A stretch of DNA of 64,000 bases from a virus. The translations under genes and the position numbers were made by a program. Positions 17,701 through 28,461 of this stretch are shown piece after piece. The stretch spans positions 1 to 64,000 of IMG/VR virus record IMGVR_UViG_3300034111_000335; one strand, given 5' to 3'. Each line of letters starts with the position of its first letter. Within the stretch, counting starts at the first letter, position 1. Under the pieces are notes generated by a model that searched no databases, was not told where the DNA came from, and saw only the letters and a list, made by a program, of their open reading frames with translations.

Positions 17701-18642
17701 GTAGGTATAGGTACTAATAGCCCATCAGGTAGAGTACATATTAAATCCTCAGGATTAAATACATACCCGCTCCTTATTCAAAGAGCTGCGAATACAAATA
17801 ATATCTTCTATGTTGTTGAAACATCGGGAGGAGATGGACAGGTCGTTATTGAAAACAGCGGAGGAGGAGCAGCAGTGCAGCTACATTCTAATGGAACAAG
17901 TTATTTTAATGGAGGTAACGTTGGTATTGGTACTACTACCCCTTCTACTTTACTAGATGTAAGCGGAGTTATCACAGCTACAGGCGGTAACAGTACCAAC
18001 TGGAATACTGCGTATGGCTGGGGTAATCATAGTTCAGCAGGTTATGTTCCTCAAGCAAGAACTCTTACTATTAATGGAACTAGCTATGACCTAAGCGCAA
18101 ATAGAAGCTGGACAATATCAGCAGCAACTCCAGGAGGATCTGATACACAATTCCAATACAATAGTTCTGGATCTTTAGCAGGAGCCTCTGCTTTGACTTA
18201 TAACTCTACTACTAACAGAGTAGGTATTAATCAAGCTTCTCCAGGATATGACTTAGATGTAAACGGACAAGTAAGAGTACAAGATAAACTTAGAGTAGGA
18301 ACTGGTAACGGAGTAGTACACATGTCTTCTACGGCTACTATTAATCCTAGTGCTACTACTGTTGTATGGGCTCAAACCGTAAGCGTAGGTATGTGTGCCT
18401 TTATTGAGTACTACATTTTAAACAACAATTCACTTACAGACCAAAGAGCTGGTACAATCATGGTTACCTGGAATCAATCAGGAACGCCTACAATCACTCA
18501 CACAGAAACAACTACCCCTGATATAGGGTCAACTACCACTGTGAACTTTACAAGCTCTCTAGTGGGCTCAGATGCAAGAATTAACGCAGTAAACTCAAGT
18601 GCCAATCCTTACACGATGGTAATGAGTTATAAATATTTCTAA
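14728..18642 (+). CDS. long tail fibre protein (GNVGIGT repeats)
   Basis: 1304 aa; about 8 GNVGIGTxxP-type repeats; RTLTINGTSYDLSA twice. Confidence 0.85.
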   Translation: MKYLSIQTFQCGISVSGAATFTGGATINVLALNGATTSSEASLFLGAHGANEGGQLVLQKGTGQTYAAHLDNYNDQFRILYGTNTGSTGIALAVSLSNRQLILPAYTSSSSFSGTAAGYLAFDSSGNIITTAVPTSGVSSIIAGTGVTVSSGTGNVTVSIGQSVATSATPSFDQIFLTNNGNGTNVKIGDDAWIGDVNAANTLRIMGQQNNADGYIVFGNSDFTALGRSGTGNLTYGGSTVWTAATLTNLNQLTNGPGYITSAALAGYVPTSRTLTINGTSYDLSADRTWTINTVAYTSRLQHQVKAGVAINKGQAVYVTSADGTNMIVGLASNASEATSSKTMGLLDATVSTNGFANVVTEGLLAGLDTSAAGTEGDPVWLGTGGNLIYGLTNKPYAPAHLVFIGIVTRKNANNGEIFVKVQNGFELNEIHDVDLKTTAPINGHLLGYNGTLWVNKTIAGWLGYTPANASGTTNYLSKFTGSTTLGNSQIFDNGTNVAIGTSSPFVKLDVRGEAILLYRAATNAYAIYSAANNSYSWQFGVNNGSDYVIWGGGFTGLGTERFRIASTGEATFSSSVTAGGAISTSGTGLNASVRINNTTASTGVDWHLYSLNNGNFGLYNNTGGAYAFQVTSAGNVGIGTTSPVSSLSVVGKTNLGGQASGFYVTPSTLHIASSTVSQISFEDYIVTAAIALANNTFAFGHQNASPSYEFKHSNTYNGNYATTGTTFARFNPTTSYISSGNIGIGTTSPTGKLDIVPSAQNAINISRAGGYASFYSSNDLVFETDSVFYFGVYTPRLFSVNGSFYTTVAGSVGIGTSSPSQKLHVVGASILANNSSINPDTYVNTVIAGAIGTVGGWGLSSAIGGNAGTGHSWAIGTNGDNLYMGYSNGSSSNSMLTFLQVDDSTRNVFLVPQSGNVGIGNASPSYKLDVSGALRATGTVYSDNGSLAGALNLGQVVSIGSSFGSYANLIFTMHNGGGFSDIMKLQGNGNVGIGTNSPSGRVHIKSSGLNTYPLLIQRAANTNNIFYVVETSGGDGQVVIENSGGGAAVQLHSNGTSYFNGGNVGIGTTTPSTLLDVSGVITATGGNSTNWNTAYGWGNHSSAGYVPQARTLTINGTSYDLSANRSWTISAATPGGSDTQFQYNSSGSLAGASALTYNSTTNRVGINQASPGYDLDVNGQVRVQDKLRVGTGNGVVHMSSTATINPSATTVVWAQTVSVGMCAFIEYYILNNNSLTDQRAGTIMVTWNQSGTPTITHTETTTPDIGSTTTVNFTSSLVGSDARINAVNSSANPYTMVMSYKYF

Positions 18643-18685
18643 TATATAGATTATATACATTGTTGGATAGTGAAAACAATAAAAA

Positions 18686-21600
18686 ATGGCAAACGAATTT
18701 AAAGTCAAAAACGGTCTTATAGTAATAGGAGACCTAACCACATCAGGAACTATTACTATTAATGGTGCTCTTGCAGCTACACAATCTTGGGTTACATCTC
18801 AAGCTTATTTAACTTCTGCTAGTTTAAGCGGATATGCTACACAGTCTTATGTGACTAGTGCATTAGCTGCCTTAGTAGATGCAGCTCCTGCAGCATTAGA
18901 TACGCTTAATGAACTTGCAGCAGCACTTGGAGATGATGCTAACTTCTCTACTACTATCACAAATAGTATAGCAGCTAAACAAGCCCAACTTAATGGAACT
19001 GGTTTAGTAAGAATGTCAGGAACAAGTGTAAGTTATGATAATACTACTTACTTAATTTCTAATTTTGGAAATATAGAAGGGGAGCATGGTTATGGGTATC
19101 CTTCAAGTGACGGTTGGTATAAAATTGCAGAGATTGTTTTAACCTCATCATGCCAATCTTTTAATCTTTGGGGAGAATATAGAGACACGGGTTACTTTGA
19201 CAACTCTCATTATAGGATTCATATTACTGCAAGAGCAGAGTGTGACTTTCCAACTAACAATGAAAGTCATGCTATTAATGTAAACATGTACGGAAGTAGT
19301 ACTAATGAAACTTACTTTAATAATAATGTAAGAGTTGTTCTTACTTCATCTTCTTCTAATTATAGAAAATACGAATTACAATACTATAGAGCGACTTGGG
19401 ATACAGGTAGTTGGAACTTACAAACTTTAGGTTGGACTACATACACAACTTCTCAAACTGCAGGAACTCCTACAGGAACTCCTAGAGTCTATTATATCTC
19501 TAAGTTTGTTGCAGATAACATTTACGCAGCTAATAAAATCTCTATAGGAACAACTTATAGTGGATTTGCTGCAAACATTGCAGGAACTACTTATGTTATT
19601 GGAGCTTCAGTTTGGGTTAACGATGGCTACGGTATTTCAAATGCTAGTAGTGGGGGTACAGGATTTTTTCCTTACAGTGATGGAACTTTAGTTTTTAACT
19701 CAGTTAACTCTGAAAAAATGCGTGTTGCTTCTAGTGGCAATGTCGGAATTGGGACTAATAGTCCAGGATATAAACTTGAAGTAAATGGTGGAGCTACTGG
19801 TAATAACATTGCTAGATTTACAACAGGAGGAACAGGCGGAGGCACCAGAGGTCTTACTGTGTACTCTGACAATTCTCAAGTTAAACTGCAAGTCACTGAC
19901 AATGCCGGAAGTCAAGGAACTTGGGCATTCTTAAACTTAAATCCAGATGGAGGAAATGTAGGAGTAGGAACTACCTCTCCCGACAGTAGGTTTACTGTAA
20001 AAGGGGATAACGCACTAGTAGATGTTCAATCTACTGCTGACGGACAAACTATTGGATTTTTAGCTAGATACCTGAATAGTGCAACTTTGGGGGGAGCCTT
20101 TAGGTATACTACAGGAGATGCTCAATTATATATTGATAACTTTTTCCAAGGAAATAACGGAGTTTACAGTGATATAAACATAAGAAACTGTGATACTGGT
20201 GGAAATCTTATTAATCGCATAAAGATTAAAGGGTCTAGTGGTAATGTAGGAATTGGTACTTCTAGTCCTGGTAACATACTGACTGTAAACGGTGACACAA
20301 GACTTGTAACTGGAACTACTCAAGGTTTATTCGCCTACGATGCTCCCTCTGGTGGTGCTTTTATTTGGTCATTAACAAGATACACTGATACAAATGCAAA
20401 CGATCTAAACGTTAATACAAGAAGCGGGTTTGGAATACGTACAGGAGTAGAATCTTTAACTAATTCAGGTCACCAATTCTATGTAACTTCTGTAGGCAAT
20501 GTAGGTATAGGAACAACTGCTCCTACACATAGACTTACTGTAGCTGGAGGAAATGTTTTGATGTTTCCTTCGGATAATACAAGACAACTAAGTTTCTTTA
20601 ATGATTCTTACGGCATAACTGCTTCAAGCGGTCTTGAACTAATTACAGGAGATTATATAAGATTTAGACAAGGTAGTACAGAATTAGCAAGATTAACAAC
20701 AACAGGATTAGGTGTTGGAACTTCTACTCCTTCTGAAAAATTTCACGTTAGTGGTGCTGCTATATTTGATGGAGGATCAGGTAACTCTTCTACAGATGCT
20801 GTAGTTTACATAACTAAGTCAAATAATAATGACTGGGGATTATATGTAAATGCTTCTGGTCTTGACTATGGTATGTATACTAGGGTATCTCCTTCTGCAG
20901 GATATGCTATTGGTGTAAATAATGGAACTAATTGGACTACTAGAATTACTGGAGATGGTAGAATTTATTTAAATGAGAAAGATACAATAGCTTCTTATGA
21001 TACATGGCTTCGTTTAAATGAATCTGGACATTACGGATCTGGTGTATACACTCCAGGAGTAATGAGGGCTGATGGAGGATTTAACGTAAGTGGAAGTCAA
21101 GTATGGCACGCAGGTAATGATGGAAGTGGAAGTGGATTAGATGCTGATTTACTTGATGGACAAAATTCTACTGAGTTTCTACGCTTATTATCTGGAGGTG
21201 CTGAAGCAAGTTTGGATAGTTATACAGACAATGGATTTAGATCAGTAAGTTTTGCTGGGCACTCTCAACACTTGTTATCATGGAATGCTGGTGGTTCTAC
21301 AGGAACAGTCCAACAATTGTTTCATTATGGTACACCTAATAACGGATGGAGAATTAGAAATAAAACTGATAACACTTCTTGGAGTGATTGGGGATATGTT
21401 GTTATGGCTAGTTCTAATCAGGGACTTATCTCTGGAACTATTGCTACTCAGTCGTGGGTAGGGTCTCAGAGTTACGCTACTACATCTTATGTAACAACCC
21501 AAATTAATAACCTAATTAACGGAGCACCAGGTGTACTAGATACACTTGATGAATTAGCTGCTGCTTTAGGAGATGATGCAAACTTTGCAACTACAGTAAC

Positions 21601-22108
21601 TAATAGTATTGCAGGTAAGGTTTCTAAGACTGGTGATACTATGACTGGTGCTCTCACCATTCAGAATGGAGTATCTGCAACTTGGGATTATATGACCCTT
21701 GAGCATCCTGGTCCTCACGCTAGAATAAACTTAGGCAATGCTGAGAACGGATTTTTAATTGCTCACGAAGGAACAACTACTGCAACGTTTGCTACAAATG
21801 GTAACCTAACAATTACTGGAGCATTGATTGAAACTTCATCAATCAAAGTAAAAGAAAATGTAAAAACAAGTGAGGGAAATTTAGAAAAGGTAGTAAATTT
21901 GAGACCAGTCACTTACAATAAGATTGGGTCTCAGACTACAGAACTAGGTCTTATTGCAGAAGAAGTTGCTGAGGTGTACCCAGAATTTGTACAATATGAT
22001 GAGAATGGAGAACCTATAGGGGTTCACTACTCTCGCTTAACTGCTGCTCTTATAGGTGCAGTAAAAGAATTAAACGAACAATTACAAGAACTAAAGAGAA
22101 ATAAATAA
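18686..22108 (+). CDS. tail fibre with C-terminal intramolecular chaperone (peptidase S74)
   Basis: LDTL(N/D)ELAAALGDDANF twice; GNVGIGT repeats; SS..VKEN...LRPVTY...GLIAEEV. Confidence 0.88.
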   Translation: MANEFKVKNGLIVIGDLTTSGTITINGALAATQSWVTSQAYLTSASLSGYATQSYVTSALAALVDAAPAALDTLNELAAALGDDANFSTTITNSIAAKQAQLNGTGLVRMSGTSVSYDNTTYLISNFGNIEGEHGYGYPSSDGWYKIAEIVLTSSCQSFNLWGEYRDTGYFDNSHYRIHITARAECDFPTNNESHAINVNMYGSSTNETYFNNNVRVVLTSSSSNYRKYELQYYRATWDTGSWNLQTLGWTTYTTSQTAGTPTGTPRVYYISKFVADNIYAANKISIGTTYSGFAANIAGTTYVIGASVWVNDGYGISNASSGGTGFFPYSDGTLVFNSVNSEKMRVASSGNVGIGTNSPGYKLEVNGGATGNNIARFTTGGTGGGTRGLTVYSDNSQVKLQVTDNAGSQGTWAFLNLNPDGGNVGVGTTSPDSRFTVKGDNALVDVQSTADGQTIGFLARYLNSATLGGAFRYTTGDAQLYIDNFFQGNNGVYSDINIRNCDTGGNLINRIKIKGSSGNVGIGTSSPGNILTVNGDTRLVTGTTQGLFAYDAPSGGAFIWSLTRYTDTNANDLNVNTRSGFGIRTGVESLTNSGHQFYVTSVGNVGIGTTAPTHRLTVAGGNVLMFPSDNTRQLSFFNDSYGITASSGLELITGDYIRFRQGSTELARLTTTGLGVGTSTPSEKFHVSGAAIFDGGSGNSSTDAVVYITKSNNNDWGLYVNASGLDYGMYTRVSPSAGYAIGVNNGTNWTTRITGDGRIYLNEKDTIASYDTWLRLNESGHYGSGVYTPGVMRADGGFNVSGSQVWHAGNDGSGSGLDADLLDGQNSTEFLRLLSGGAEASLDSYTDNGFRSVSFAGHSQHLLSWNAGGSTGTVQQLFHYGTPNNGWRIRNKTDNTSWSDWGYVVMASSNQGLISGTIATQSWVGSQSYATTSYVTTQINNLINGAPGVLDTLDELAAALGDDANFATTVTNSIAGKVSKTGDTMTGALTIQNGVSATWDYMTLEHPGPHARINLGNAENGFLIAHEGTTTATFATNGNLTITGALIETSSIKVKENVKTSEGNLEKVVNLRPVTYNKIGSQTTELGLIAEEVAEVYPEFVQYDENGEPIGVHYSRLTAALIGAVKELNEQLQELKRNK

Positions 22109-22109
22109 G

Positions 22110-25100
22110 ATGGCTATTTTATTAACCGGAACTACAATTGGTGGACACAGTGCCATTCACGCTGGAAACCTAGCAACACACGGTATTGTTACAACTAGTA
22201 ATATCGGGAGTTATGCTTTAACTAGTCTTCCATCACATAATCACGATGATCGTTACTATACAGAAAGTGAATCTGATTCTAGATATTTATCTATAAATGG
22301 GGGAACTGTTACAGGTTGGGCTTTATTTACTGCTTCTACTCAAGGTACTGCTATAGTTAGAGCAACACAACAAGATACTTCTGCTGGTTATTATTTATTT
22401 CAAGGTATTACTGGTAGTTCAGAAGTATTTAGAGTTGAAAGAAGTGGAAGACTAAACTCAGCAGAATATATTTATTCTTATGGATATAGAGGTAATGGTA
22501 ACGTAGGAGGTACAGGTTCTGCTTCATGGCACCCAGATGGAGCTTATATTGGTAGTACTATGTGGCAGTATGGTGCTCAGTATAAGAATAATACGGGTAT
22601 TTATGATGTAAGCGAATTTAAACTTAATGCTGGTCCTACTCTTAGTATTTATAATAGTAGAAACTTGAGTGTTAGGGCTCTAGATAATAATGCTGATGTT
22701 GGAATTTTAGGACAACAGTCTGGGGGAGGTTTTGCTTTTCAAATTTATGGAACTGGTTCAAGTTATGGTTTTTTAAATGGAATATGGGCAGCTTGGGATA
22801 TTAGAAAAGCTGTAAATGGAGCTATGTATATGAATGATAACGACAGTTATTATTTACAAACAAACAGCACTTCTAACTTTGTTGCTCTTAACATCCAGGG
22901 TAATGCAGTAGTTCATGCAGGTAACATTGGGTCTCAGTCAGTAAGTAATTCAAACCATTTAAATTCAACTAGAGATACTCCAAGCGGTAAACTGCAATAT
23001 TGGGATGCACCTGGTCTTGGTATTGATGAGGCTCCTTCTGGTGATTGGCACAACACAATAAGAATGGGTCACGGCTCACCCTTATCTTATTATAGTAATA
23101 CATTAGCTATTCGTATGACTGGTTCTGGTGTTGGCGATATATACACGCAAACTATTATGAACGGTAATAGACAAGGTTGGAAAAAACATTGGAATGATGG
23201 TAACCACGGAAGTGGGTCAGGACTAGATGCTGACCTTTTAGATGGTCAACAAGGTTCATATTACCAACCTGCATCTTCAGCCATTACTACTTCTAATATT
23301 GGGTCTCAGAGTGTAAACTTTGCTAATAGTTCAACATCTGCAGCATATCTAAATTATACAGGGGTTGGTGGAACACAATTAAACGCAAACACATTTAGTT
23401 ATGGTCGTGCATCAAACTATTATAGCACTGCTCAAATTTTAAATTCTCCAGAGAATGCATATGCGTCATTGTACAATTTTGGTGGTGATACTCCCAGTGC
23501 ATTGTCTTTGCAGTTGTTTGCTTCTGTAAATCATAATGACACATCTTCAACAAGAAACTTGTGGTTTAGAGTTGGAAACAATTTAGGTTTTCAAAATGAC
23601 TGGAAACAAATAATCCATTCTGGAAGCATTGGATCTCAGAGTGTATCTTACGCTACTACTGCAGGTGCATTGAGTTCAATGAACATATCTCAGTTCACCA
23701 ATAACTCTGGTTACATTACAGGATATACAGAAACAGATACTTTAAATTCAGTAACTGGTAGAGGTAATACAACTTCTAATAGTGTAAGATTTGGTAATCA
23801 TGTAGATTTAAGTCCAACAGGTAGTGCATTTAGATTTTATGATGGAAGCACTTTCAGAGGAGGTTTTGGTTTAGATAGTTGGGGACACGCAGGTAGTGAT
23901 GCTAACTTGGTATTATATGTAAATGGAGATAATACATTATTCTTCTCAACATCCGGTACAAAAAGAGCGTATATTAATAGTGCGTCTTTTTATTCTTTTG
24001 TTGCAATAAAAGAAAATGGTAATCAAGTTCTTCATGCAGGTAACTACACTTCTTATTCTCCTTCTTTAACAGGTAGTGGTGCTTCAGGAACATGGGGTAT
24101 AAATGTAACAGGAACTGCAGCAAGAGCAACAAGAGCTAATGGTAATTTTTATATAGATGATAACTATGGTAATACTATAGTAGGATTATATAATTCTACA
24201 ATTTTGCAGGGTGTGTTTGCAATGGGAGATGCTTACAAATTAACTGCAGGTGGTGGAGCAGGAAATCTTTATGGTCTTGCTTGGTCACATCCTAATGCTG
24301 GAGGTGTAGCTTCAAACCTGAATACACACGGTCTTCTTGTGATGGAGAATGGTACATTCTTAGCAGCTATCTCTGGTTCAATTAGAGCAAGAGATGATAT
24401 GCGTGCTCCAATCTTCTACGATTCTAATGACACTACTTACTATTTAGATCCTAATAGTAATTCATATTTATCTACACTTCGTGTTGCTAATGCTACAAGT
24501 GGAGTTTCACTTCATGTTGGACTTGGTTCTACTCACGGAGTTTACACAGCAGATAACGATAGAAAGTATTTAGTTGTATCAGCAACATATTACCCACACA
24601 TGGCCTTGGTTGCCACTAGTTCAAACAATAGCAATCACGGAGCAGTATTTTCTTTTGTGGGTTCTGAAAGTGGTGCAGCTAGACAGTGGAATATGGGTAT
24701 TGCAAATAGCAACCCATTTGTGTTTAGTATTGGATATAATAGGACTGGAGACAACAATCCACACTACGGCATTGGTGACGGATGGCATGGAGATGATAAT
24801 CACCACGCACGTTTAAGTATTGACAGAGACGGCAATACTAAGATTCGTGGTATGTTGTATATTAATGGTACAAGTGGTGGAATATCTACAGGTAGTGCAG
24901 TAATTCACGCAGGCAATATTGGCTCACAATCTGTATCGTATGCAAGTACTGCTGGAGCGTTAAGCTCAATGAATATCTCTCAGTTTAGTAATAACTCAGG
25001 ATACTTTGTAAGTAGTACAGCCAATACTGTTTCGGTAAATCAAATAGCATTTTCTACAACAAACTACGACTTTACTTTAGCTCCTAGACTATCTATTGGT

Positions 25101-28100
25101 TCTATGTCAATCAAGCTGTGGGACAACTACTTTAATAGTAGCGGATTAGGTGTAGACTACGGCTCTCTGTTGGATATCTATGGAAGAGGCGGTCACGTAC
25201 ATAGTCAGTTCTATATGGATGCAGGCGGAGGTTTATTCTACAGAATGTCACCATACGCTAGTGGATGGACTTCTTGGGCTTCAATATGGACTAGTAGTAG
25301 TTTGACTAACTTAAATCAGTTAACAAATGGTCCTGGTTACATTACATCTTCTGCATTAAGTGGCTATGCTACTCAAAGTTACGTAAACTCTCAGGGATTC
25401 TTAACCAGTGTACCTGCACAATCTCAACTCATAAGTCCTAATGGGGCAACTGTTGTTGCAGCAGATTCAGCAATGCCTAATGCAGGACATTCGTTTATAC
25501 ATAGTTTGGCTTTAGGTCCTGGTGGAAATGATGGTCACATACTTGGTATGTCTTGGGCAGGTACAACTAGTGTTTATGGTGCTCAGATTTTCTTAGACAC
25601 AGATCCTAATGACATCATGGCAATTAGGTCTAGAAGTAATGCTGGAGTTTGGACATCTTGGAAAACTGTTTATCATAATGGCAACTTTACTGATAATTCA
25701 TCAAATTGGAATACCGCATATAGTTGGGGTAACCACGCATCAGCTGGATACTTAACTTCTTTACCGTCCCATAACCATGACGATAGGTATTATACCGAAA
25801 CGGAATCTGATGGTAGATTCCAACCCTTAGAGAATCAAAGACTTTCTACTGGTAATTCCCCAACATTTGCAAATGTTTATGCTAGTGAGTGGTTTAGAAA
25901 CTATGGTAATCAGGGTATTTACAACCAAACATACGGAACTCACTTCTATTCACTTTCAAGTGGAGCTTGGGCTATTACAGGAAGTGGAGGTGCTGTTGAA
26001 ATTCAGTTTAGAAGTAACCACCAAAGTACTCTTCGTGGGTATGTTTATGCAGATACTAGCAACAACATTGGTTTCCTAAACAACGCAGGTAACTGGAGTT
26101 TGAGAACCGATTCTAGTAGAGATACTCAGATTTATGGAGCACTAACCGTAGGTAGTGGTACATCGGCTGATATTTATATGACAGATACGGATGAGACTAC
26201 TAGACGTATACACACAAACAGCGGTAGAATAGGATTTTTAAATTCTTCTAGTAACTGGGGAGCTTATTGTGATAATACTGGTAATTGGTTTAGTGATCAT
26301 TCTATGCGTGCTCCAATCTTTTATGACTCACAGGATACCAACTACTATGTAGACCCTAACAGTTTATCTAGACTTGGTACAATGCAGATTGATAGAATTG
26401 GTGTTGGACAAGCTGTAGACAACGGGTATAGAATCATTACATCTGGAGACATCTACCTTAATGCTAATGGTAATGGATGGGCTGAAGGTGTATGGAAACA
26501 ACGCAGAGGAGGTTCCACGTACTATGATGTAATTGACTCTGGAAACATCGGTAGTCAATCTGTAAACTATGCTGCAACTGCTGGATCTGCTCCTGCCAAT
26601 GGCGGTAACTCTAGTACAGTAGGCGGATTTGGTGCAGGATCTTTCTTTAGAGACCTTGGTTTTGAGGGCGGTGGTGCTAATGCAAATACTATTGCTGAAA
26701 CTAGATCAGCATTTACATATTCATCTGGTTCTCCATGGACTGGCCCTTTAGCGTATTTTGGTGCATCAGGTTATGGGTTACAACTAAACGCAACATATCA
26801 AAGCGGTGTTAATATTTCATACAGAACAAGAAATGGTGATAATGCAACGTGGAACTCGTGGAGAGAGTTTATTCACTCTGGCAACATTGGGTCTCAGTCT
26901 GTATCATACGCAAGTACGGCAGGTACTGCAAATGCAGTAGCATGGACTAACGTATCTAGCAGACCGACAGCTTTATCTCAATTTAGTAATGATTTGGGTA
27001 ACTATGGTGGCTTCTTAACTTCTTTACCTGCACATGATCATGATAGACTATTCTTAACAGATTCTAGAGGAGCGTCTAGAGCACCTTCTTACTACGATCA
27101 AAGATATGCTCAGTGGGATTTTCAGAATACCTCAGATACGGGTGCAGGAGGAGACGGTTGGCATGGTCTACTTACAGTAGCTAAATGGTCTTCTTATGAT
27201 CCTTCTCATAGACAAGAACAACTTGCTTTCACTGGTGATGAATTAAAACGTAGAACTGCTACAAGTGACTCTGCTTGGGGATCTTGGAAAACAATTATAG
27301 ATTCAGGAAACATTGGTAGTCAGTCAGTAAGTAATGCTGCAACTGTAGGTGGCTATACTCCTTCTGGTAGTGTAGGTGCAAACACAGTAGTTATCAGAGA
27401 TGCTAACAACTACATCTATGCTCACTACATTAACTCAAACGTATCTGAGTCTGAGAATCCAACTATTAACTCATTCTACACAAGTAATGGAGATGGTTGG
27501 TTAAGAAAGTCAAGTGTTGCTCACGTTAAGTCTCAGTTAGGATTAGGGTCTTTAGCTTATCTATCTAGTTTAAATGAATTGGATTGGTATGGGTATCTTA
27601 CAAGCGAGAACTGGAATACTTATTGGACTAGTAATAAACTAAGAGTTGCTTCAGTTTCTGGAGCTACAGGAACTGGTCGTCCCCCAACTAGTGTACATAA
27701 TTTTGGCAGTTTGCTTTCTTATGGGACTTCATCAGGAGACGCATTTCAAATGTATTTTCCTGACAATGCTGGTAACAGTATTGCTAACAGTAGAAAACTT
27801 CACTATAGAACTGGTCAGAGTGTTAGTGCTGGTCCTACTGGTAGTGGTTGGTGTGATTGGAGAACAGTTGTTGACATGGTGGGTGATACTTTAACTATTG
27901 TTGAAGGTGCTACTCCTAAAATTGTTGTCCGAGGATCAACAGGATATGGTAATCCATCATCAGGCTCTATTGAATTAGTAGGGGATGCAGATGGTGGAAA
28001 CACTCAGTCATACAGATGGATAAGTACTGCTCCTGATTGGGGTGGCCAAGAATTTAGACTAGAAAGAAAGGTTAATAACGCTTTTCAGCTTGTAGGAAGA

Positions 28101-28460
28101 GTTCCTAAAAACACCAATAACCTTGAGTGGCAAGGTACTATTGTACAAGGTTTATCTGACTCAAGAGTTAAGACTAATGTTGTTAGTATGACAGAGGGTC
28201 TTGACAAGATTGATCGGATTAGACCTGTAACATTTGATTGGGTACCTACTGAGAATGTATCTGATAGAGAAGGAGCAGACTTTGGTTTTATTGCTCAAGA
28301 ACTTGAAGAGGTATTACCAGAAGTAGTACATACTAGAGGTGATGGATACAAAACAGTTATGTACGAAAAAGTAGTACCTGTATTGGTTCAAGCAATGAAA
28401 GAACAGCAAGCAATTATTGAGGCTCTTAAGGCTGAGATAGAACTCCTAAAGAACAAGTAA
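22110..28460 (+). CDS. giant modular tail fibre with C-terminal peptidase S74 chaperone
   Basis: 2116 aa; IGSQSV seven times; HNHDDRYY twice; SDSRVKTN...RPVTFDW...GFIAQEL. Confidence 0.88.
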   Translation: MAILLTGTTIGGHSAIHAGNLATHGIVTTSNIGSYALTSLPSHNHDDRYYTESESDSRYLSINGGTVTGWALFTASTQGTAIVRATQQDTSAGYYLFQGITGSSEVFRVERSGRLNSAEYIYSYGYRGNGNVGGTGSASWHPDGAYIGSTMWQYGAQYKNNTGIYDVSEFKLNAGPTLSIYNSRNLSVRALDNNADVGILGQQSGGGFAFQIYGTGSSYGFLNGIWAAWDIRKAVNGAMYMNDNDSYYLQTNSTSNFVALNIQGNAVVHAGNIGSQSVSNSNHLNSTRDTPSGKLQYWDAPGLGIDEAPSGDWHNTIRMGHGSPLSYYSNTLAIRMTGSGVGDIYTQTIMNGNRQGWKKHWNDGNHGSGSGLDADLLDGQQGSYYQPASSAITTSNIGSQSVNFANSSTSAAYLNYTGVGGTQLNANTFSYGRASNYYSTAQILNSPENAYASLYNFGGDTPSALSLQLFASVNHNDTSSTRNLWFRVGNNLGFQNDWKQIIHSGSIGSQSVSYATTAGALSSMNISQFTNNSGYITGYTETDTLNSVTGRGNTTSNSVRFGNHVDLSPTGSAFRFYDGSTFRGGFGLDSWGHAGSDANLVLYVNGDNTLFFSTSGTKRAYINSASFYSFVAIKENGNQVLHAGNYTSYSPSLTGSGASGTWGINVTGTAARATRANGNFYIDDNYGNTIVGLYNSTILQGVFAMGDAYKLTAGGGAGNLYGLAWSHPNAGGVASNLNTHGLLVMENGTFLAAISGSIRARDDMRAPIFYDSNDTTYYLDPNSNSYLSTLRVANATSGVSLHVGLGSTHGVYTADNDRKYLVVSATYYPHMALVATSSNNSNHGAVFSFVGSESGAARQWNMGIANSNPFVFSIGYNRTGDNNPHYGIGDGWHGDDNHHARLSIDRDGNTKIRGMLYINGTSGGISTGSAVIHAGNIGSQSVSYASTAGALSSMNISQFSNNSGYFVSSTANTVSVNQIAFSTTNYDFTLAPRLSIGSMSIKLWDNYFNSSGLGVDYGSLLDIYGRGGHVHSQFYMDAGGGLFYRMSPYASGWTSWASIWTSSSLTNLNQLTNGPGYITSSALSGYATQSYVNSQGFLTSVPAQSQLISPNGATVVAADSAMPNAGHSFIHSLALGPGGNDGHILGMSWAGTTSVYGAQIFLDTDPNDIMAIRSRSNAGVWTSWKTVYHNGNFTDNSSNWNTAYSWGNHASAGYLTSLPSHNHDDRYYTETESDGRFQPLENQRLSTGNSPTFANVYASEWFRNYGNQGIYNQTYGTHFYSLSSGAWAITGSGGAVEIQFRSNHQSTLRGYVYADTSNNIGFLNNAGNWSLRTDSSRDTQIYGALTVGSGTSADIYMTDTDETTRRIHTNSGRIGFLNSSSNWGAYCDNTGNWFSDHSMRAPIFYDSQDTNYYVDPNSLSRLGTMQIDRIGVGQAVDNGYRIITSGDIYLNANGNGWAEGVWKQRRGGSTYYDVIDSGNIGSQSVNYAATAGSAPANGGNSSTVGGFGAGSFFRDLGFEGGGANANTIAETRSAFTYSSGSPWTGPLAYFGASGYGLQLNATYQSGVNISYRTRNGDNATWNSWREFIHSGNIGSQSVSYASTAGTANAVAWTNVSSRPTALSQFSNDLGNYGGFLTSLPAHDHDRLFLTDSRGASRAPSYYDQRYAQWDFQNTSDTGAGGDGWHGLLTVAKWSSYDPSHRQEQLAFTGDELKRRTATSDSAWGSWKTIIDSGNIGSQSVSNAATVGGYTPSGSVGANTVVIRDANNYIYAHYINSNVSESENPTINSFYTSNGDGWLRKSSVAHVKSQLGLGSLAYLSSLNELDWYGYLTSENWNTYWTSNKLRVASVSGATGTGRPPTSVHNFGSLLSYGTSSGDAFQMYFPDNAGNSIANSRKLHYRTGQSVSAGPTGSGWCDWRTVVDMVGDTLTIVEGATPKIVVRGSTGYGNPSSGSIELVGDADGGNTQSYRWISTAPDWGGQEFRLERKVNNAFQLVGRVPKNTNNLEWQGTIVQGLSDSRVKTNVVSMTEGLDKIDRIRPVTFDWVPTENVSDREGADFGFIAQELEEVLPEVVHTRGDGYKTVMYEKVVPVLVQAMKEQQAIIEALKAEIELLKNK

Positions 28461-28461
28461 C

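Noticed and set aside
14728-28460. CRISPR array or diversity-generating retroelement repeats
   Set aside because: Repeats are degenerate, in-frame protein repeats; no reverse transcriptase or adenine-specific TR/VR pair is visible in the window
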